NCBI GenBank assembly: GCA_030704615.1
Contig: JAKLZA010000317.1
Coordinates: forward strand, 1 to 32,185
Source: Takakia lepidozioides
Taxonomy: Eukaryota; Plantae; Bryophyta
Length of the DNA stretch: 32,185 nucleotides
Direction: 5' to 3'
Translations under genes and position numbers: made by a program
Notes under the pieces: model-generated
What the model saw: only the letters and a program-made list of their open reading frames with translations
Told to the model about the DNA's origin: nothing
Databases searched by the model: none
Shown here: positions 13,001 through 24,606 of the stretch, one piece after another
How the letters are laid out: each line of letters opens with the position of its first letter
Numbering within the stretch: position 1 is the stretch's first letter

Positions 13001-13306
13001 TGGTGGTGGAGAGACTTTAATGGACTCTGTCTTCCTGGGATCCACAAGAAGTCCCTTCTTACACACTATGTGTCCCAGAAGCACCCCTGAGTTCACACAG
13101 AAAGTACACTTCTCTGGATTCAAGCCCAGACCTCTCATCCTGCATCTGGCCAGGCATAACTCCAATTTATGCAAGTGCTCATTCTTAGAGCTGTACACAC
13201 TGAAATCATCCAAGAATACCTGCATGAAATCATCCAGATACTCATGAAAAGATTCACTTATCACTCTCTGAAAGGTCGCTGGTGCATTACAAAGTCCAAA
13301 GGGCAT
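9539..13306 (-). CDS. pol: RT C-terminus, RNase H, integrase, then repeat linker and start of the extra ORF
   Basis: MPFGLCNAPATFQR, FLDD, CDAS..LGAVL, NYSTTERE, ADHLSR, H..GGHF..CDEC zinc finger, WGLDFVGP, ISDQGSHF, YYPQGNGQAE, WKGPY. Integrase ends near 11095 but the frame stays open. Confidence 0.95.
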   Translation of the reverse strand: MPFGLCNAPATFQRVISESFHEYLDDFMQVFLDDFSVYSSKNEHLHKLELCLARCRMRGLGLNPEKCTFCVNSGVLLGHIVCKKGLLVDPRKTESIKVSPPPVNVKSLRRFLGQTSYYRRFVKRYAQIAAPLSKLLKKDAVFAWTAECQQAFEELTLSVTTTPVLINPHWHVVFHVHCDASGEALGAVLAQNVTGNIDSPVYYASRLMNSAERNYSTTEREALAMIYAVKKFRHYLLGRKFMFYVDHQALIYLVNKPLISGRIARWLIILHEFEFEVIYKPGRLHLVADHLSRLTTGEAATGVDDQLPDASLFVMEVQGSADEWLDWQWPIRYYLAHGQCPPSYGKEQRKRIAIRALPYTMVGSRMYKLGPDGVLKRCLYHHEVNKVLEEVHKGVAGGHFGEETTSRKILLAGYWWPTLFKDVHEYCQKCDECQRLGPLQRSGRMALHPTMPTEPFQKWGLDFVGPINPPSKNTRNRYIITATDYTTKWVEAKALRDNTAKSTARFLYENILTRFGCPLEFISDQGSHFMNETIELLTKEFMIVHRKSTTYYPQGNGQAEATNKILCTILAKIVNANRTDWDTKLLTALWSYRTSYKVTTKYTPFQLVYGMEALLPVEFLLPTMRTEWGKRMELQDSIKVRKHELYHVEEVRADAADNMTRIQMKRKEQFDEGKLKTFKTGDLVLWLQKKGKIQASKLKSPWKGPYVIQKMYDNNTAMLQTINKEMLGRVNANKLKGYSGIHDKPLQHDLHVEPPEQSRAAPVLRTEYGTLVARPSIYDRGGQNKRDTAYHSPSRRDTAYHSPARRNTAYHNPLRRDTANHNPARRNTAYHNLPQRVTAYHSLSQCNTAYHSVTQYDTACHSSTQPTKVTPSIESVASGHIITSGKWMTEEETEITLKIDTWRSGCDTQQRMKCKDKCQKERGKERPSNGMKGGPINEYGKRETERTASTEKLNSCRMCDPSGLSNRESPLKKIKVKIQSQRIQPIENQRNDQENGGKLSARGGVVLSNGRLDRTGHKCYNLETMEELTDYTLAILLTQWQRHETKEQSFSLEQCLQAPQAYKRLPIAFCGNHTFLLCALQAFLQLLQPKQFCESKMKRVRGMEEIRVKSTTILQKQTMATPQAIKILKELRLEGLQSMDWTLHHRQYMLQFLQNFEPKTGTTTVKGVELMITPLYLQQLFRLPAGHVYVEEHRERLQIGDLFQEGSFFKTQGYACTKAVYPGLKDIGQVLNVLIALKQNQQYLSRSFTEEILKA
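10711..10950. repeat. Internal coding minisatellite (10-bp GCTGTGNNNN subunits in 30/60-bp higher order)
   Basis: About 24 ten-mers, some degenerate; encodes (RR[DN]TAYH[SN]Px)n on the minus strand. Confidence 0.9.
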
Positions 13307-13926
13307 GACTTTGTATGCATAAGCCCCCAGTCTGTGATGAAAGCTGTTTTCCCTTGGTCTTCTTCTGCCACTTGCACTTGATTATAACCACTGAAGCCAT
13401 CCATGAATGAGTACATCTCATGGCCTGCCACAGTGTCTAATACTGCTTCTGTGAATGGCAAAGGGAAAGGATCTTTCTTCGTACAAGCATTCAGCTTCTT
13501 ATAGTTCACACATACTCTTAGTTTGCCATTCTTCTTGGGAACTATAACAATGGGTGACAAACAAGTTGTATATTCTATTGGGTATATAAACTTAGCCTCA
13601 GCCAACTTCTTTATCTCTTCTCCAACCTTCTGTGCGTAGTTGGGATTCATTCTATACCTCGCCTGCTTGATTGGTACTGACCCTGGTTCCAGTTCAATTT
13701 TATGCTGACAGACTTCAGGTGGTATCCCTTTTAGATCCTCATAGCTCCAAGCAAATACATCTCTGTATTTGATGAACAAGCTTTTAGCTTCTTCGAAGAA
13801 CTCCGGCTCCAAATCAGCTCCTACTTTCACCATTCTCGGTTCCTCCTGAGTTCCCACATTTACTTCTCTCACCTGCTCATCAGCTGTGATTGTCCAACCA
13901 GTCACCACTTCATCCTTTAAGCTCAC
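13261..13926 (-). CDS. pol: Reverse transcriptase, N-terminal part
   Basis: YRDVFAWSYEDLKGI, SPIVIVPKKNGKLRVCVNYKKLN, KDPFPLP, YSFMDGFSGYNQ, KTAFIT; joins the next ORF by restoring one G in a G-run near 13325. Confidence 0.93.
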   Translation of the reverse strand: MSLKDEVVTGWTITADEQVREVNVGTQEEPRMVKVGADLEPEFFEEAKSLFIKYRDVFAWSYEDLKGIPPEVCQHKIELEPGSVPIKQARYRMNPNYAQKVGEEIKKLAEAKFIYPIEYTTCLSPIVIVPKKNGKLRVCVNYKKLNACTKKDPFPLPFTEAVLDTVAGHEMYSFMDGFSGYNQVQVAEEDQGKTAFITDWGLMHTKSCPLDFVMHQRPFRE

Positions 13927-14199
13927 AGTGGCTGGTTCTTCTAGGATTTCTATCTCTCCCTCCTTTCTTCATAGAAATGTGGTGGGTACAGTTGGTTTCC
14001 TCTTCAATTGGTGTTGCCGACACTACACCACAGCAGATACCTCTTAAACAACTTAGGCTTTCCAGCCGCATCTCCGCAACCTGCTCCCATTCTGGGTGTG
14101 CAGCAAATAGGGTAGCTTCCTGCTCCTCATCCAGTCCTCCCTCCAGTCATACTCTCTGACTCCTCGAGGTCTTCTTGTAGCAGGTAATCTACTAGATTT

Positions 14200-14580
14200 C
14201 TTTGTGGTAATTGGTATCTCGTGCATCCCATTATGCACAGTTAGTAACTGAGAATTCCAGTCATGGAATACCCTGGCCTGTTTCAGCCACGGACGTCCCA
14301 ATAATAAGGAGTAAGCCTCCATGACTTCATCCATTTTTAATACAGTTACTGTGATCATAAAGATCATTTTCTGTATCTGTATCTTAACTCCTCTTATTAA
14401 TCCCAATGGCTGTACACTTCTTTGATCTGCCATTGTTACTGTAAATGGGGCTGGTTTCATGTTACTTAGACCAAGCTTCTTCCTTAATTGGTCTGTCATG
14501 ATATTTACTCCAGAACCACCATCTATCAGTACATCAGTTAGTTCTGTGCTTCCAATTCTCAATTGGATTACTGGCATAGA
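14200..14580 (-). CDS. Aspartic protease domain (within ORF 14053-15660; boundaries approximate)
   Basis: VLIDGGSGVNIM active-site motif and LLLGRPWL. Confidence 0.9.
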
Positions 14581-15139
14581 ATCATCAAAGTCCATGACTG
14601 GTTCTCGCCCTTCCGGCTTCACATTATAACTGGTCACCTTGCTGTTCAGGTCTGTGTTTCCTGTCTCTTGGGCAATTCGATTGATTGCCTGATACAGCCT
14701 GTGCCTACAATAAGGTGCCACAGCTAATAGCTGTCCAATGGTAATTTCTGCTTTGGTCTGACATATTACTTCAGCCAAAGTCTCTTCATTACTTTGCATG
14801 TCTGCATCTTCTTTTTTCCTTTCTTCCTCACTCCCCTCTTTTTCTCCATCCGAATCAGAGGAATCTGCCACAGGAATATCCGTACTCTTTTGCATTTCCC
14901 TTATAGTATCTGCCACTTCCTTGTGCAGTTCCTTCTCATCTTTCCAAGTCTCTTCATCTTCAGGCATATCATTGCCACTTCCAGTCTCATCTTCTTCCTC
15001 TTCTACTGGAGGTATTAGTTTGGCTTTACTTCTTGTTACTATCATTGTACTTACTTCTGGTACAACACATGGCCTAACCATGTGAGCTGCCACCACTGGG
15101 CCCTCATTCACAGGAGCTCTCATCTCATTCTGGTGTCTT

Positions 15140-17087
15140 ATCCAGAATGAACAGGCTGCCTTGCGATGTCCTGGCTGATTACAATAGTAACATAGCTCTT
15201 CACCATTGGGTCCTCGCCCTTGGTCTGTTCTTGGATTATTTCTATAATCCTGATTCCCGGGCTGGTAATTCCCCCTTGGATTACCCTGATAGTTGCCTCT
15301 GGAATTTCCTTGGTAATTCCCTCTTGAATTACCTCTCCCTTCCATGCCATTGTTATAACCACCAGACCTACCATAGTGGTCCTGATCATTGCTTCTTCTT
15401 GGCTGGGGCTGCACCTGATGCACCCTCACTTGCCTAGGTTCTCTTGCAGCTGTCCTTCTGTTGTAGTAACAATTCTCAGTAGAATGGTTATCCATTTTAC
15501 AGATAGTACAGTGTTTCTCCTTCATGTGGCATTCTGCAGTGGTATGGCCTTCATTCTGGCACTTTGCACACCATACACCCTTCCTCCAATGTGTTGCAGC
15601 CTCTGTGGCATACTTCTTCAAGATTTCTTCCAATCTTTTCTCATAGTTATCCCTCTTCAACTTTCCTTTCTCTTACTCTTTCTTTTTAGTTCTTGCTCTT
15701 CTTCTTCATCTGACTCATCTTCAGAGTCCTCATCTTCCTTTTTCTCTCTCCTGAGCATTCCCAATTGCTCAATTCTGTTTGCAGTTTCAAATGCCTCCTC
15801 CACTGTATTATGGGTAACATATCCACTTTCTTCTGCAACTCTGGTCTTAGTCCACTCACAAACCAAGTCTTCTGTAAACCGGGTGCTGGTACTGCAGCCA
15901 GCTTTTTCATCATCAATTCCATCTTCTCCATATACTCTTCAACAGTTTCATGCTTCTTCTGCTTCAGCTGTTGTAAACTTCCATACACTTCATCCTCAGT
16001 TTTACTTGTCCTGAACCTATTTCGAAATGCTGTATTCAAGCCATTCCAGGTTAGGAAATGATTATCAGGGAATCTTGCATACCATTCACTTGCTTTCTTG
16101 ATAAGTGAACAAGGAAACAGTCTCATCTTGGCATCATCGCCATTCTCATTGTTCACTATACACATGTGCTCAAATTGGCTAATGTGTACATCGGGATCCC
16201 CTTTTCCTGAATATATTGGAAAGGGTGGTTTTGCCCGTGTTGGTTGTAACGCCATCTGTGGCCCTACCTTCTGCCCACTGACAGGTGCTGGCACCCTTGC
16301 TGGTGCTGGTCCTTCTGGACCTGTTGTTTTTGTGGTGGATCTTCCACCAAGTGGTGGCCCTTGAGCACTCCCTGCTTCTGGCCCCACGATATTCACAGTA
16401 TTCCCAGCTTCAGTTGCACTACTTCCCCACACTCCCTGTCCCCCCAGAGCCAGATCCAGGCAGCCCGCCTGATCCCCCTGAGCCGACACCTTCGTTGGCC
16501 TGTGATCCAAGTGCTCCACTTGATCCAGGTCCAACGGGTTGGGATGTCCTGGTTGTAGTCTCAACCTCAGCTGTTGGGTCTACTTCTTCATATTCTTCCT
16601 CTTCCAATTTCTTCTCTCTGTTTTCATCCTCCAAGTTCTGCCCTTGGGTTTCTTCTTCACTCATGTAACTCAACTGTAATGGTGTTGGAGAGTCTGAACT
16701 CTCCGTTGGCTCTGCCACATCCTCATCTCCTTCTTCATCTTCTGCTTCAGAAACTGGAGTTCCTGCTTTTGGTGTTCCATGCCAACTCTTATCAAAGATT
16801 TCTGTCAAGTCTTTTATCCAAGGATGTACCTCAGATCTTTCACCTCGTGATTGATCTTCTTCCTGTACCAATTCCCTTAATCTTTCTTGCAAAGAAACAG
16901 AAGGAGTGGCATCCAACTCTAGTTCTTCCGGTATAGGTGATGCACTTTTTGATCTTGATGGTGTGAGAGGTCCAGATGATTCCCCTATGTCTATTCCTCT
17001 CTCCCAAAGATATGGATAATTAGCTTTCAGATAGCTTTCTCTTTTTGATGAATATCTTTGTCGTCTAGCTTCTCTTTCATCACTCAT
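15140..17087 (-). CDS. gag: Gag (frameshifted): acidic/Gly-rich N-terminus, retrotransposon capsid domain, three CCHC zinc knuckles
   Basis: YSGKGDPDVHISQF..LFPCSL..ASEWY..LKQKKHETVEEY..FVSGLRPEL; CAKCQNEGHTTAEC, CTICKMDNHSTENC, CYYCNQPGHRKAAC; ORF pieces 16419-17087, 15686-16564, 15657-15866, 14053-15660. Confidence 0.9.
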
Positions 17088-17107
17088 GTCCCATGTCTTT
17101 CATTTCT

Positions 17108-17803
17108 TTAATGTGGCAATAACCAAAACTCTCTTCTGTAATATCTCTCGTATATGCCTGGATTTCTTTCAAGCTTCAATGCACCCTTGGCTATACTTGA
17201 AGTCTCCGTTACCATATAACCATATGGCAAACAAGTCTGAAAAGTTGTTCTTGGTGTGAGTTTGATCCACAAAATATCCTTTGGAATCCAATTCTTTACC
17301 AGTACAAGCTCTTCATGCATATGAGTATAAACATTCACCCTTTCTTTCTTCCCAGCCTTCAAACTCTACTCGTTTAATGGATAGCAACGCTATCACATAA
17401 ACTAATGTTGGTAACCAACGTGCTCTTCCTCTACAGGCTACCTGATAAATCTTTATCACTCCTTTCTCCAGACCCCATTCTGGATCAGCATCATGCACTC
17501 GTTTAAGAATATTTTCTTACATCCGTCTGGCAATTCCAAGAACCTTTGAAAGAATTGTTTGGACAATCTTTCTTCCTTCGTTCCACAGGGAATTTGATTC
17601 ACTTCAAATTCTCTAATGGTCCAACCACCATGATCCCACCAGATGCCTGTCACATCTGGTTGTTCATGTCCCAGGTCCCCAGTATGGTCGCCAAATGTCG
17701 CGCGGCTTTTACTCACCCATCCCTTCGCTATCCGAGGCGGAAACTCCAAGATAGAAGAGTTGGAAATCTCTAAGTACTCAGCCCGCGCAGAACAATCAGT
17801 CAT
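17108..17803 (-). CDS. Putative extra 5' ORF upstream of gag (three overlapping frames), unknown function
   Basis: ORFs 17456-17803, 17313-17498 and 17108-17362 overlap end to end and stop 20 nt before the gag ATG (17087). Confidence 0.4.
17676..17693 (-). promoter_or_regulatory. Primer-binding site, probably tRNA-Arg
   Basis: Minus strand TGGCGACCATACTGGGGA, 2 nt after the LTR end; resembles the tRNA-Arg type PBS TGGCGACTCCACTGGGGA as recalled for Ogre elements. Confidence 0.85.
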
Positions 17804-18619
17804 GACCTACAGCTAGTGTATCATGGGGGTGTTTCCTATTTGTTTCCTTTTCCGCATTCATCTTAGCTACCTTACCATTGATAATTAAGTATCAGTTTGC
17901 TTCATCAATTTATCGGTTTCCTTCACTCCTCCATTCAATCCACAGCTTCACTCAGATCTCTCTACACAGTGTGATTGTATCGTATAAGTATCAGATTATG
18001 ATTTATCAGGTATCAGGCCGAAGCCATTGTGTCTCTAATTCTCCTCTACAATATCCCTACAGCTTTGCATATAACAAGCATCTACTAATCCTCTTTCCTC
18101 CTTCATCATGCTCACCGACTTCCGCTCCCGTCTCACTCCGAAATCCTCCTCCCCCGAATCATAATCCCCTCTTCATTCCCCGTTTCTCCCTTTATCCTCC
18201 TATCCGCGGTTCTAACCGTTTCCCTCTCTAACCGTCGTATGTGAACTAACATGTTCCCTTCACAGGTGTTGTTCCCCCACAGTCGTTCCCTGTCCTACTC
18301 TTCGTTCCCTATTATCGTGACAGCTGTGTCAAGCGGTGACTGGCTGTTTGGCTGTGTCGGGCTGTGACTTGGCTGTATGGGCTGTGTCTGCTGTGACGAC
18401 TGTGACGGGCTGTGTGGGCTGTGTGGGCTGTGACGACTGTGACGGGCTGTGTGGGCTGTGTGGGCTGTGACGGCTGTGTCGGCTGTGTGGGCTATGTAAC
18501 CCCCCTCTACAGTGCGCTGCTGTCACCCCTAAGGTTCCTGTTGGTCTCAGTCTGTGCAAAAATTAAGGGTACCCTACAGATCCCGTATAAGTGTCTAAGT
18601 CCCCTACAGTCCTCTAACA
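17696..18619 (-). repeat. 5' LTR (924 bp)
   Basis: Direct repeat of 5491-6428; adjacent to PBS. Confidence 0.96.
18318..18496. repeat. GGCTGTG(TG/AC) ~9-bp minisatellite in 5' LTR
   Basis: Same array with different unit number, accounting for most of the LTR length difference. Confidence 0.88.
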
Positions 18620-18624
18620 CAGAG
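18620..18624 (+). other. Target-site duplication CAGAG (right)
   Basis: ctctaaca|CAGAG|ctgtctacgg. Confidence 0.95.
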
Positions 18625-19592
18625 CTGTCTACGGAAGATGTGGAAAATGGTGAAGTGCGAAGACGGTACTATCAAGCCCGACAGTGAAGCTTGATCAAGC
18701 AGTCAAGATAGCAAACAGCCTGTGGGCCATGGGGAAGGCTTGAGGTTGGGGCAAATCGAGGATGTAGAGAGTCAAGAACAACTCGCAAGCAAGGTGCAAG
18801 AAGAGTTGTTCTTCTTTTATTGTTTCTTTGCGGGAGTATAACAACTCTTGGGGAGCGAGGATGCACGCCATGGCAGCAAGAAGCATAGCTCCCAAATGGG
18901 AGAAAGAAGGACTGGTAGAGGAGGGATAGTGACTCCTCTCTACCCATGGTGTACTCAGATCGCTGAAAATGGAGGGGCCTGGCCGAACACACCCGAGCAT
19001 CACCAAAAGACATCATCTCATGTCAGCAGCCACAGAGTGGAGTGCATCTGGAGGGAGGCGAAAACGGAGCCAACCACGAGTTCCAAGAAGACACCAAGTC
19101 CGATCAGAACCCGAGATCTCTCAATCACATACAGTGGAGGAGCACATGGACCACGAGATAAGGCAATACCAAACGGAGCCGGGAGGACCTGTCTCTCAAC
19201 TCGAGCGGCAGCGGGCGGCATTTTCTGCCTGTCTTTACAAACTTAGCGTTCGCTCAAGAGAAGCGGGCTGCCCCCTGATCAACCTTTACAACACCACAGA
19301 TAAGTACAGGGGCATTCCCAACGTTGTGATTCCAAGGGCTATGATGAAGAACGTTAGGGAAAATGCTACAACATTTGCTATTCTCACAACAGGTTATGTG
19401 TTGAATACTTCTCGTCTTCACCTGTGGGCCAGCACGAAAGCTAAATCGCTAACATATGCTCCGCTCAACACTTACAAATTTCTGAAGGAGCAAATATGGC
19501 TGCCTATAACCACTAACCATACAGGCGCAATTGTGGCTTGCCTCTTACCAAACATGTATTTTTGTTTTTTGCTATATAATATATATATATAT

Positions 19593-20417
19593 TCACCGCG
19601 AATGAGAATAAATTTGAGTAAATGTGAGATTCAAAGTTGCATAATGACGGAGAAAAATTTGCGCTATGTCTTTTAGAGTGGACGACGGAAACTCGACCAT
19701 CAAATTGAACATGTGTTCATCATGAGTTGGTAGCCATTGAAAACGACGTGTTTTCGGGGTTACATTGGTGTTGTTCATAATTATCATTTTGTTGTCGACC
19801 CCTTTTTTTAGTGACATATTGTGATATCAAAGAAGGTTGTACCGATATTGCAAATCCCGAAATTGAAAGCGATTGAGAATTTGAAATCGAGGTCACGGCA
19901 TAACAATTTGAAGTGCAATGAGTTCTTTTCAAATAATAGGTTTCAAAGTGCCCACTCTTCGTAGCGTGTCTATCGTCATAAAGTATTGGAGAGGGGTATG
20001 CGCAACAATTGATTCACCCACAGAAATATTATTCTTTTATTTACTCGAGACCATACCGAATGGGTCTTTGTAAATAATTTGCTAACAAAAAAATGGCACG
20101 ATTATCACCTTCTAAACCTCCACAAACAACATTTTGGACATTTGTTGAACAAATTCATCAATTGTGCGAACACCATGTAACTCATATAGGGCGTCCAAGA
20201 AAAGTGGATTTGAATCATTTCGGCCACCTCATCAGTGGGGCAATTGTAAAGTTTGCATAAAATGTTTCAAGGTTTGACGACGGAGATCTGTAGATGATAT
20301 TTCAAAATGCAGCAAATAAGCAACTGAATCAAATAAACAGTCTTCAACAACATAATGGTAATCGTGTACACGATGCAAATTCTGATATTGTAATATTAAG
20401 TCTATCTATGTATCCAT
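19593..20417 (-). pseudogene. OTU-like cysteine protease ORF, indel-rich copy
   Basis: Homologous to 27941-28768. Confidence 0.55.
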
Positions 20418-21074
20418 TATTAAGAGAGTAAATTAGATATAAAAATAAGGTTGTAAAAAAACTGAATTTAAGGTTCAAGTTGTATTATAACAGAAAATAA
20501 TATTAATGGAGGTTGGCCAGATTAGATAGATTTTGAAATCTTATAAGAACACAAACAAGCAATGTACAAGGCAATGAAACGTCGAATAAAGAGTTGCTAA
20601 ACATTAATAATAGTACATTATATGTTTTGATGAATTAAATTTCCATAGATATGTAGTAGATAAATCTGAATTGAAAAATTAAGTGAGAGACTGGCTGATT
20701 AACTGAGGAACTGGCTGAAAATGTAGCTAAACAAAAGGCTGAAGTTTGTAAATGAAAGAACACACAAAATGGCACAATATTGTCAAAGTACTCATATATT
20801 GCAACCATAACCACACACAACTCACAAAAATGGATTAATAAAATCCATCATGTTGTGTGGGCTCTATTGTCATGGTAAGAACTACTTTGACGAAGTAGAG
20901 ATGCTCAGGAAAAATGCTTCACATATGAAGCAGCACCATGAAACCAAATAGCCTATAGATGTAGGAAGTCCAAGTTTAATCCGAGGAAATCCGAGCATAC
21001 ACTAAACTATTGTAAAGGTTTATACACCTGAAAGCACCCTCTAGTCTAGCATGCTCTTGAATGCAGCAAAAGAA

Positions 21075-22414
21075 CTATGCTGCATGTTCTTCAAATCCAA
21101 CCAAATCCCCCACAGGGTTCAAAGAAAACCGTCCCACATGACGCACGCTAGAGAACGCCTCGATGATGGAAAGTCCTGTCTGTTCTATGAGCATTTTTCA
21201 TATCTTCTTCCTCGATCATGCCCACTATGGCCTCCACCCAATCTGAATTGACATACACCTGCACAATCCCATCCACACCCTGAATGCTACCAGCTATGCA
21301 AACATGAAGGGCACAGTGACTTGCTGTTTTGCAAGCATTACAAAAGAACAAGTCGTCATCCTGACGTGCTATGTCCTCGAGGCCACATGTGGCACACACT
21401 CGTTTGAAGGGTGGAGTGGAAGGCGAGGTGATGTAAAAATCCCCAAAGGTGTAGAGATGAGAAGATAATGCAATTGCAAACAAATAGAAGAGAGGAGAAA
21501 CCTTGAAAATAAAAAAAATCATTACCTATGTAGCTATGCCATGTCCTCCATGGGCTGTTTGGGCATTATGCACTCGCTGCAAAGCGGCACATGGGTCATC
21601 ATGCAAAACAGAGCGAAAATGGTACAAGGGAGTGTGACCAGCCGCATGTCACCGCTCTGAGTTGCCCCAATGTTTTTGAAAATTGCATATGTAGCACCTC
21701 CCCTACGAAACTGCTGGACTAACCGCTCATATTCTGCATGGAACGCTGGCAGAAAACTGACCTCCATACACTCAAACAATACCATTATACTCTCCATAAT
21801 AAGTTTAAAATAGCATAACAAAGAAAAGGCGAAAAGCAAACAAATGGTAAGAGACTTACAATCTGAACATCCAGCTGAAAGGCCCCATCCGCCACTGTCA
21901 GCTCGAAACGCTGTTCCCACCTGACCACGTACTCCTATAACCACCACAAGCATTAGTGGCGGTAGCAAACTTCTCATGGAATCGTTTTTGAGAAAGCACT
22001 GATGGTGTCTTTGCAAAAGAAGTTGAGTATTGGAGGGCTCTGAAATGGTGCTATGACCTGCACAAGGGTGACGGAGGTAATCTTCAAACAGTACAACCAA
22101 ATCACCTCTCTCGAACTTAAGCTTAGGACGCACGGAGAAATTCTCCAAGCGCACATAAGCGCCTTTGCAGAACTTCTCTGAGTGTGTTTGGACCAATGAC
22201 CCCGAACACAGTAACATTGACCGTTGTGAAACCAAGCCTATCTGTGAGATCACAATGCAAATAGGACCATGTGCTGGGAGACTCCTGAATAGAGGGCTTG
22301 TTCACATTGCCATACCTACTCAAATCAACCTAGAGCAATGGGAAAAAAAAAGACTTCGCGTGCCCGGAGGGCTCCAAGAAACGTTGACGCCGTAGCTGTG
22401 TAGGACTTAGCCAT
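21075..22414 (-). pseudogene. RPA70-like gene copy (many indels)
   Basis: Same sequence as other copies. Confidence 0.55.
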
Positions 22415-22527
22415 TTCAACTTCTTCTCTAATGCGCCCGCTAGATAGCTAAGTTAGGCCAACCACTATCAAGAACTGCAAAGTGGTAGGCTTCTTGATTA
22501 TTTTCTTTGACAACCCGATATTTTAGT

Positions 22528-23775
22528 ATGACTAAACAGAGTGGCAGAACCCATCGTGACTGCTCCCTGTGGGAGTGGCCGAGACATAGAATCGGCGCCA
22601 TTGTACTTCCAAACAACAGAGCGTGTGCGAAAGGCGCAGAGGAAGGAGAAGATGCTGATGAGCGCTTCCAGGGGAACAGTTGGAAAACACCTGGTAAACT
22701 ACAAGCGAACTTAGTTGAGGAGGAAAGGATACGTGACACAGCCCGACAATCGCCCTCCATCGCTGCCGGATCTAAAAAAGAACACATTGAAGCCAGAGCT
22801 GTCTACGGAAGATGTGGAAAATGGTGAACGTGGCGAAGACGGTACTATCAAGCCCGACAGTGAAGCTTGATCAAGCAGTCAGATAGCAAACAGCCTGTCG
22901 GGCCATGGGGAAGGCTTGAGGTTGGGGCAAATCGAGGATGTAGAGAGTCAAGAACAACTCGCAAGCAAGGTGCAAGAAGAGTTGTTCTTCTTTTTATTGT
23001 TTTCTTTGCGGGAGTATAATACAACTCTTGGGGAGCGAGGATGCACGCCATGGCAGCAAGAAGCATAGCTCCCAAATGGGAGAAAGAAGGACTGGTAGAG
23101 GAGGGATAGTGACTCCTCTCTACCCATGGTGTACTCAGATCGCTGAAAATGGAGGGGCCTGGCCGAACACACCCGAGCATCACCAAAAGACATCATCTAT
23201 CTCATGTCAGCAGCCACAGAGTGGAGTGCATCTGGAGGGAGGCGAAAACGGAGCCAAACCACGAGTTCCAAGAAGACACCAAGTCCGATCAGAACCCGAG
23301 ATCTCTCAATCACATACAGTGGAGGAGCACATGGACCACGAGATAAGGCAATACCAAACGGAGCCGGGAGGACCTGTCTCTCAACTCGAGCGGCAGCGGG
23401 CGGCATTTTTCTGCCTGTCTTTACAAACTTAGCGTTCGCTCAAGAGAAGCGGGCTGCCCCCTGATCAACCTTTACAACACCACAGATAAGTACAGGGGCA
23501 TTCCCAACGTTGTGATTCCAAGGGCTATGATGAAGAACGTTAGGGAAAATGCTACAACATTTGCTATTCTCACAACAGGTTTGTGTTGAATACTTCTCGT
23601 CTTCACCTGTGGGCCAGCACGAAAGCTAAATCGCTAACATGCTCCGCTCAACACTTACAAATTTCTGAAGGAGCAAATATGGCTGCCTATAACCACTAAC
23701 CATACAGGCGCAATTGTGGCTTGCCTCTTACCAAACATGTATTTTGTTTTTGCTATATATAATATATATATATAT
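22528..23775 (+). pseudogene. Degenerate plus-strand ORF of unknown function
   Basis: Homologous to 30880-32154. Confidence 0.3.
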
Positions 23776-24606
23776 TCACCGCGAATGAGAATAAATTTGA
23801 GTAAATGTGAGATTCAAAGTTGCATAATGACAAGAGAAAATTTGCGCTATGTCTTTTAGAGTGGACGACGGAAACTCGACCATCAAATTGAACATGTGTT
23901 CATCATGAGTTGGTAGCCATTGAAAACGACGTGTTTTTCGGGGTTACATTGGTGTTGTTCATAATATCATTTTGTTGTCGACCCCTTTTTTTAGTGACAT
24001 ATTGTGATATCAAAGAAGGTTGTACCGATATTGCAAATCCCGAAATTGAAAGCGATTGAGAATTTGAAATCGAGGTCAACGGCATAACATTTGAAGTGCA
24101 ATGAGTTCTTTTTCAAAATAATAGGTTCAAAGTGCCCACTCTTCGTAGCGTGTCTATCGTCATAAAGTAGTTGGAGAGGGGTATGCGCAACAAATTGATC
24201 ACCCACAGAAAATATTATTCTTTTATTTACTCGAGACCATAACCGAAATGGGTCTTTGTAAATAATTTGCTAAACAAAAAATGGCACGATTATCACCTTC
24301 TAAACCTCCACAAACAACATTTTTGGACATTTGTTGAACAAATTCATCAATTGTGCGAACACCATGTAACTCATAGAGGGCGTCCCAAGAAAAGTGGATT
24401 TGAATCATTTCGGCCACCTCATCAGTGGGCAATTGTAAAGTTTGCATAAAATGTTTCAAGGTTTGACGACGGAGATCTGTAGATGATATTTCAAAATGCA
24501 GCAAATAAGCAACTGAATCAAATAAACAGTCTTCAACAACATAATGGTAATCGTGTACACGATGCAAATTCTGATATTGTAATATTAAGTCTATCTATGT
24601 ATCCAT
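23776..24606 (-). pseudogene. OTU-like cysteine protease ORF, frameshifted copy
   Basis: ORFs 24223-24567, 23991-24206, 23903-24085. Confidence 0.6.

Larger units (their letters stand above)
5491..18619 (-). mobile_element. Full-length Ty3/Gypsy LTR retrotransposon, Athila-like non-chromovirus, 13,129 bp
   Basis: Two TGT...ACA LTRs, 5-bp TSD, PBS, PPT, domain order gag-PR-RT-RH-INT; RT motif VFLDDFSVY; no chromodomain or second (archaeal-type) RNase H seen. Lineage call is less certain than the superfamily call. Confidence 0.96.

Noticed and set aside
15657-15870. Programmed ribosomal frameshifts in gag/pol
   Set aside because: Breaks are numerous, fall inside domains and match the indel noise between array copies; error or decay is simpler.
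7440-16936. Many plus-strand ORFs inside the retrotransposon
   Set aside because: Antisense shadows of the minus-strand coding regions; Ser/Leu/Phe-rich with no motifs.
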